Shown one piece after another: positions 57,760 through 64,000 of a DNA stretch of 64,000 nucleotides. The notes under the pieces are model-generated. The model did not search any database. It was not told where the DNA came from and worked only from the letters and a program-made list of their open reading frames with translations. The first letter of the stretch is position 1. Each line of letters begins with the position of its first letter. The DNA is from Lingula anatina (Eukaryota > Animalia > Brachiopoda). Position numbers and translations under genes: made by a program. The DNA is taken from contig CM120641.1 in the NCBI GenBank assembly GCA_051362555.1, positions 43,220,401 through 43,284,400 on the forward strand, given 5' to 3'.

Positions 57760-60197
57760 ATGGTAACCATGACGGACTCTGTTAGGAATGATGGAACCCA
57801 GCCACTCCCCCCTCTGTCCAAGCTGAAGCTCTCTCTGCCCTACAAGGCACTCAAAGCATGGCTGGCCCTGGCGGAGCAGGAACACTGCAAGTTTGTGGCG
57901 GCTGATCAGGAAGGTGAGGCACTTTCACTTTCTCTTCCACTTGCTTATAGCCAGGACGAGGTGAAGATGTTACTACAAGTCATAAATGGTGATGGTTGTG
58001 TAGTGAGGCATTATTATCATATGTCCAAGTCTGTAAGTACTTAAGATATTAATCTGAAGGCAAAGCAGGAATTTTCTTTTTTAAATGGAAGTGAAGTGAA
58101 TTTTGTTATTGAAAGCATTGTGACTAAAATTATTCACACCTATGATATTAAAACTTTGAAACTTCATTATCCATTCCATGATTTCTGTTTTAACCCCGTT
58201 TGTCTATTAAGTTTTTTTTTATTTTAAAAACTGATTCATTTTTATTGTGGTTGATAAGTATGAAGACATGGTATCACCAGTAGCTAAAATTCATTTTGTC
58301 TGAAGAAAACGAAAAAACAAAAATGCTTGCCTTTTTGAGATTCCAGAGAATGTTAATATTTGAAAGAATTGTCATGTAGGACTATTTTACTATTACATGT
58401 AAACTGCGAAATAATTAAATAGTGTACTCTTCTGTTGTTAAAAATATGAACATGTCAGAAGAATTAGTGGTGAAAACATTGTGCAAAACCTGCCCAGTTG
58501 TGAACAGATGATAATCCAGGTGTGAATTATCACCAACTTATCACTGTGTGTATTTGAGGATATCTTCAGAAAAGATATCAGATTCACCAGTATTGAATAC
58601 TGTGTGTTTTTACCTTTGACTTCTGCCTCTCAAGTGACAGAAGTCTTCATTTCTAGCCAACAATACATGTATTCTAATACTCAAAAAGTTTTCAGTGAAT
58701 ATTTAAATAATTCACGCACAGAATAATAATATGTAAAATATTATTTTCTCTCCAGGTCATTTTGCATACCAGCTGTACATGAACCATGTGAAGCAGGATT
58801 TATTCCATGTAGAACTCAAGTTCCTGAAGGCTCCAATCATTCAACTTTTAGAAGACTCGTATGAGGTGGCAGTCAACATCGAAGAGGTGGTAGATGTTGC
58901 TGAAGAAAAAGAGGAGAAGGCTCAGGAAAACTGCTTGCAGGAGGAACAAAAACTGCATGGAGCAATCCCCAAACTTGTGAAGTTTGATGGCAAAGATAGG
59001 GAGATTGCAACCCATTCTCCCCCTGATATTTCTTACACAGGGGGCAGCAATGGTCAGTTTTCTAAGGAGGACTGGTCTTTGGGTCAACCAGTCAGTTTGA
59101 CCATCCCACCCAAGCTACCAGTATCTACCTCAGTAGTACCTAAACGGGAGGCAAGACTTGGCCAGTTCAGGGATTATAATAACACATGGCCACAGGAGGA
59201 TGGACCATTAGATTTATCAAAACCTGTGAAACGAAAAGAGGAGCGAGACGCAAGTAAAGTCACTGTTAACCATGAAATGGTTGAGACCATGTTAAAACCT
59301 GAGAATTTGTTAAAGCCTGAGAATTATCCCCACATGGCGGCACTTGCCTACCAGCAGTGGGCCTTACAAGCTGGCAATCCGCTGGCTTTCACCTTCCCCA
59401 ATCATGTTTTGAACAATATGAACAACATGAACAAACCACCTGGAGGCAGGCCCCGAGGCAGAGGACGACCTCCTGGCAAGTCCTCAAGTAACTGTAGGTC
59501 TGTGAAACACCAGCTTTCAGAATCCAAGGATATCACATCATCGCTGCCACGTAGTGCAGACAGTGCCATTGTATCCAGTACGCAGAGGCAGCTGGGGAGC
59601 TCCAAGAATTCCCTCTCTCCTCATCAACATGGTGTCACTGGGCAGGTGTCAGAGGTTGCTGGGACATCTGCCATACAGAGACCGCAGTCCCCTCAACTGT
59701 CACAGTACATGACCTACGCTTCCTTTTTACAGAATACCATCAGTTCCTCCTCGTCTAGTCTGGACGTGCCCCACGTCAACAGCTCTACCTCTTGTGGCAC
59801 TCTAGACTCTGCCTCTGATGATGAGATTACCGATCGTCGCACAAACCGTTCATTTATTCACCGCCCTAGAGACCGCGGGAAGGCCATATTGAGATCAAGG
59901 CAAATTCGACACGAGATGGGGTGTGTGATGTCGTACCTGAAGCAACTGTTACCTCCAGAAATGCGATATGGTAGGACCATGTTTCAAGCGACAATACTCG
60001 AGCTTTCTACAGACTATATCGCAGAGTTGCAGAAACAGGAGAGGGAAAATCTCCGGTGTTTGGATATAGAGAGACAGAGACATCAGCGCCTCCTATCTCA
60101 GGCTCAGGAATTAAAGAGAGCTCTGTATGGGAGCAATAATAGTGGGGAAGTGGGGAAGGAACTGGGAGAGAACATCAAGGATATGGAAAGCAATTGA
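57760..60197 (+). CDS. Putative transcriptional regulator with a PLDLS motif, an AT-hook-like motif and a divergent C-terminal Myc/Mad-type bHLH-leucine zipper (2 coding exons, about 555 aa)
   Basis: Exon 57760-57988 (ATG preceded by an in-frame TGA; donor uncertain, 57988 or 57994) spliced in phase 1 to 58756-60197. Contains GPLDLSKP, GRPRGRGRPPGK and RQIRHEMGCVMSYLKQLLP...QATILELSTDYIAELQKQERENLRCLDIERQRHQRLLSQAQELKRAL, which fits helix1-loop-helix2-zipper spacing. Confidence 0.8.
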
Positions 60198-63100
60198 ATT
60201 TTTTTCCTCATTAATTAAATTATAATTGTTTTAGAAGATGTAGCAGGAGCTAGAATGCAATAATTTTAATGCCATAAAATATTCACTCAATTTATATAGG
60301 CCAATATTCATCATATATTATATATCTTATATGGTAGTTTTTTCTATCTATACACTGTACGGGTTTATTTGTATATTGAGTGCTAGATATTAAAATTTTA
60401 AGACCTTCAGTTATTCTCAATTTTAGATATTTTGAGAAGGAAATTGAATAGAATGCTTTTTAAGACATTTTAACTGTTATTCCCAAATGAAAATAGTTAT
60501 TTTAGTGAAATGAGTGTGTTAAACTTGTGTAGTTTTGGCAACCATACAACCAGTCTTCTGAACATCATCATTATCATAGCAGCCTGTCACACCTCTGCTG
60601 GCGGTTTTGGTCTTCACAGACTTCACCACACATTGCGTGTTTTTGTCCGTGTTGGGTTGAACCTTAACTCACCACGTTGGTTCAGTGCGGGTTGATGAGT
60701 ACTAGATGCCAGATTGCCTGTGTATCAGGACCATGCGGCAGGTTGCATGAGGTGACTTTTACTTGTTGCAGGCTGAATGACCTGACTTAACCTAAGCATA
60801 TCATTCAGAATAGCTTGTTTTTGCATAAAGAGGACATTGTTCAGTACAAAAATGTTCTTATTTTTAAATATTAATTAAACATTACCTCTAAATTCTAAGG
60901 TAAAATCTGCAAGGAATTTAAAGAGAATCCTTGCTTATTTATACAACAAAACAAAAAGCTTACTCCAACTTTTATCATTATAATAATTCTCTTCCCTTCT
61001 TAAGCAGTGTGTTGAAGCCTTACACTTTTCTTACCTGTATTCTGTATTCAGTTTTTTTAAATTTGAAAATTTTCAAGAAATTTTATAGAACTACCTCACA
61101 AAAACTATAACCTCTGTTACACATCAATTGAAACATACTTTCAAATGTAGAACGTACTACATTTTAACAAAATGTCAATTTTTTTTAAAGTTGTAGTTCA
61201 TTGTGCAACCATACAAGTATTACATACTGTAGGTTTAAAATCAAATGAAGGTTTTTTTTTGCTTCCATATACTTTAAAACTTAATTGTACAATGTGCCAT
61301 AGCAGGTTTGCAGTAATATCTCTTAATGCGGAGAAATCAGGAAAGGCTTTGTTCCCAGATATGTTGGTCTTTTTGTAGAAGTAAATTATAGGGTGGGTGG
61401 GCGTTTACAATATGTATTTGTTTTGAGCTTAACATGCAAGCCTCATTACCCAACTTATGGAAACGATTTCAGTTCTTTACAAATTTTAATTACATCTTGA
61501 ATACAAGAAAAATAGCTTGTTGCAGAAACAGCATTTTTAGTTGTTTTTTTTTTTTTAAATCTTGTTAAGCCTAATAGGATAGGTATTTATTTTAGAAGTT
61601 TTATTTCAAAAAGACTAATTAACTGCATTATTTTATGCCTGCCCTCAATCACTGCCAATACAACAGCACTGTCATTGCATAAAATTTCTGAATTACATGT
61701 TAACTATAATAATTGAGAAAAAAAGATAGATGCCTTTTGATTTAAAGTAGTGTACAAATTAAAGCATTTTATATAAGTGTAGTATAGATAAATTTTCTGC
61801 AGCTTTTGTATTTTGCGTAATGTTTAAAATGATAGAGATTTGGCACGTCTATCAAATCTTTATTAGGTTAGTTGGTATGAGTTAGCATATACATCATATA
61901 ATCTGTGTTGGAGAACCCCTTTTAAAATGCTGACTTCGCAGTTAATATTGTGGCATGAAAATGGGGAAAGAAGTTTGAATTACAGGTTTTTGTTGAGTGT
62001 AAAAAAACATTAAGCAGGCCCAATTGCTGCACAGAGCATTGTTCTAGAGCACATCAGAGCAGAAGTGAGGTTTTGGTGGAGTTAACATTCTAAATTAAAG
62101 TTGCACTTCGTTGAAAATAAAAAAAAAAAGAGAAGAGATACCTTGATTGAAGATCTGCAGGTATTTATGCTTAGAGTACTTGTTACTACTTAATCTTCAG
62201 CATTGTAAAAAAATTGTCTTTAAGAGGATATTTTATTGTATTTTTTGGCTTACATTGTGACTATGATGAAATATCTGTATGAAGATATTATAAAGAAGAC
62301 ATGGCTTGATGAGCTTTTCAAAACGATATCACATATAAATTACTTGCATCAAACTACACGTAATCACCCTTGCCAGTAATTTGGGACTCATTTAGCACTT
62401 GGGATAGTAATAAAATTTAAGTTGCCTCAAAGGTTTTCATGTAGATGTGTTGTTAGATAATATAGAGTATCAGATTTTAGGTGTTAGTAAGCCCTAATTT
62501 TAGCCCTTCATTGCAGTAAACAGGCAGTTGATTTTGTTGGATTTGAAAATCAAATACTCAATGTTCACGATATGGCTGTGGGCACTTCATGGGGAAATTT
62601 TACCACAGGTTAGGAACTTTAAAGCACAGTATGTAGTTTAAAATGTGCACTTATGCTTGTGCATTTTTACTCAAAGGAAAATAACAGTAAAATTCTTGAG
62701 CACAAGCAAATTATTCAAATAATAGTCATTCTGTATATTAATCATGATAGGGCTATATTGTCTGCAAATTAGGTTTATATTAAACTATTCTGTACATAAG
62801 CAGTTAATTTACTGCTTGAATTGCATTTAATTCTAAAAGTGAGCAGAAATAGTTCTCAAAGATCATCATTATAAGTACAAATTTTTGGCAAACTTAATTA
62901 TATTGTGTCCTATTATCTAGGTTGCTCAATTTGTTGAAAATGTGGTCAACCCTGGGGGGAATTGTATGGTCACTTGTTGCTACCTCTCATGTTAACTAGA
63001 AAAGTGCTGCCAGTGTTACTTAACTACCATGTCGTCAACATGTGTCCAGTTACTTTGAGACAGCTTGCTCTTATTGGTTCACACTAGCACAGAATTCCTT

Positions 63101-64000
63101 TTTTGCAAAAGTGCTCGATAATTTAAGCTAAATCAAACTTATGAACTAAATTATTTGTGTAATTCCTCCAAAAAGGTAAAATGCCTTATATTTCCAAAAG
63201 CCTAAATAGTACATCTGGCTTTGACCAAAATTTGCTGTGCTAGTGACCTTACTCATATATACAGCAGTCAGTGGAATCATTCGTTTCACAGAATTGAAGT
63301 GATATGTAAGGTGGATTATTATCATTATTATGCAAGGTGAAGTATATTGCTTTGAACATTTAAGTAGAATATAAGACGTTAAAGGTGAATTAACAGCATG
63401 TGTAAGTGTACCTCAGATTTCCGCACAGACCAATGGATCCTCGAGGTTATAATTTATAAGTACATACGATCTGTCACCAATTCCAGGTCATGTATACTCT
63501 TGCCATTCATTTGTTCAAAAAGGCTCAGAGATAACTGATGTAACAGCTACCAGAAATTTTTTTCAGTGGTGGCCAAATGCTATATCACTCTGTTGGGATT
63601 TCAAAAGATACAGCATATACATGTATTAGAACAATACAATGTATGAGTTTGTTAAGAGCTTTACGTTATATACATGTAGTTGAATAATACATGCCATTTG
63701 CTTGTATTCAATGTTGAGTAATTTATATAGCATCACTGTGCTACTCAATAAGCAATTCCCAAGGTACAACTTAAATGTATCGACTTTTAATAACTCCACT
63801 GTAATGTTGATTTGATTCAATTATAATCCATGTACAGTGTGTATGCACAAGTAGTTCTAGGAAAAAAGCAGGTGCTTTGAACAGTGTTGACATCTTAATG
63901 ACATAACTGCCACATCAGACCTCTTAATTTACTGTACAACAAGGAATAATAAATACAACGAATTCATTTTGTTTTACAACTGATTTATTTCAGCACATTT

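Overview
AT-rich, intron-containing animal genomic DNA; protein style and repeat types suggest a lophotrochozoan such as a mollusc, which is inference only. By manual GT-AG exon assembly I can support seven coding loci. (1-2) Two tandem paralogous single-exon small single-pass membrane proteins (+, 6409-6795 and 9991-10326). (3) A 12-exon secreted mosaic serine protease: signal peptide, F5/8 type C discoidin domain, degenerate CUB domain, furin-type RRRKKR|IIGG site and S1A domain (+, 12549-20448). (4) Beta-catenin with 13 coding exons (-, 22258-29368) and a non-coding first exon near 34.4-34.55 kb. (5) The OB-fold ssDNA-binding SOSS-B/NABP gene with 6 exons (-, 39605-51153). (6) An orphan 270-aa Trp/Arg-rich ORF with 52-aa repeats, nested antisense in NABP intron 1. 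(7) A divergently transcribed gene encoding a PLDLS + AT-hook-like + degenerate Myc/Mad-type bHLH-ZIP protein (+, 57760-60197). Mobile DNA includes two internally deleted Tc1/mariner copies forming a fold-back, a Helentron-type non-autonomous element carrying a 145-bp tandem array of perfect AGGTCA-A-AGGTCA sites, and several MITEs. The best candidates for undescribed biology are the nested repeat-peptide ORF, the E-box-blind Myc-network-like protein, the small membrane protein pair and the furin-activated discoidin-CUB protease.
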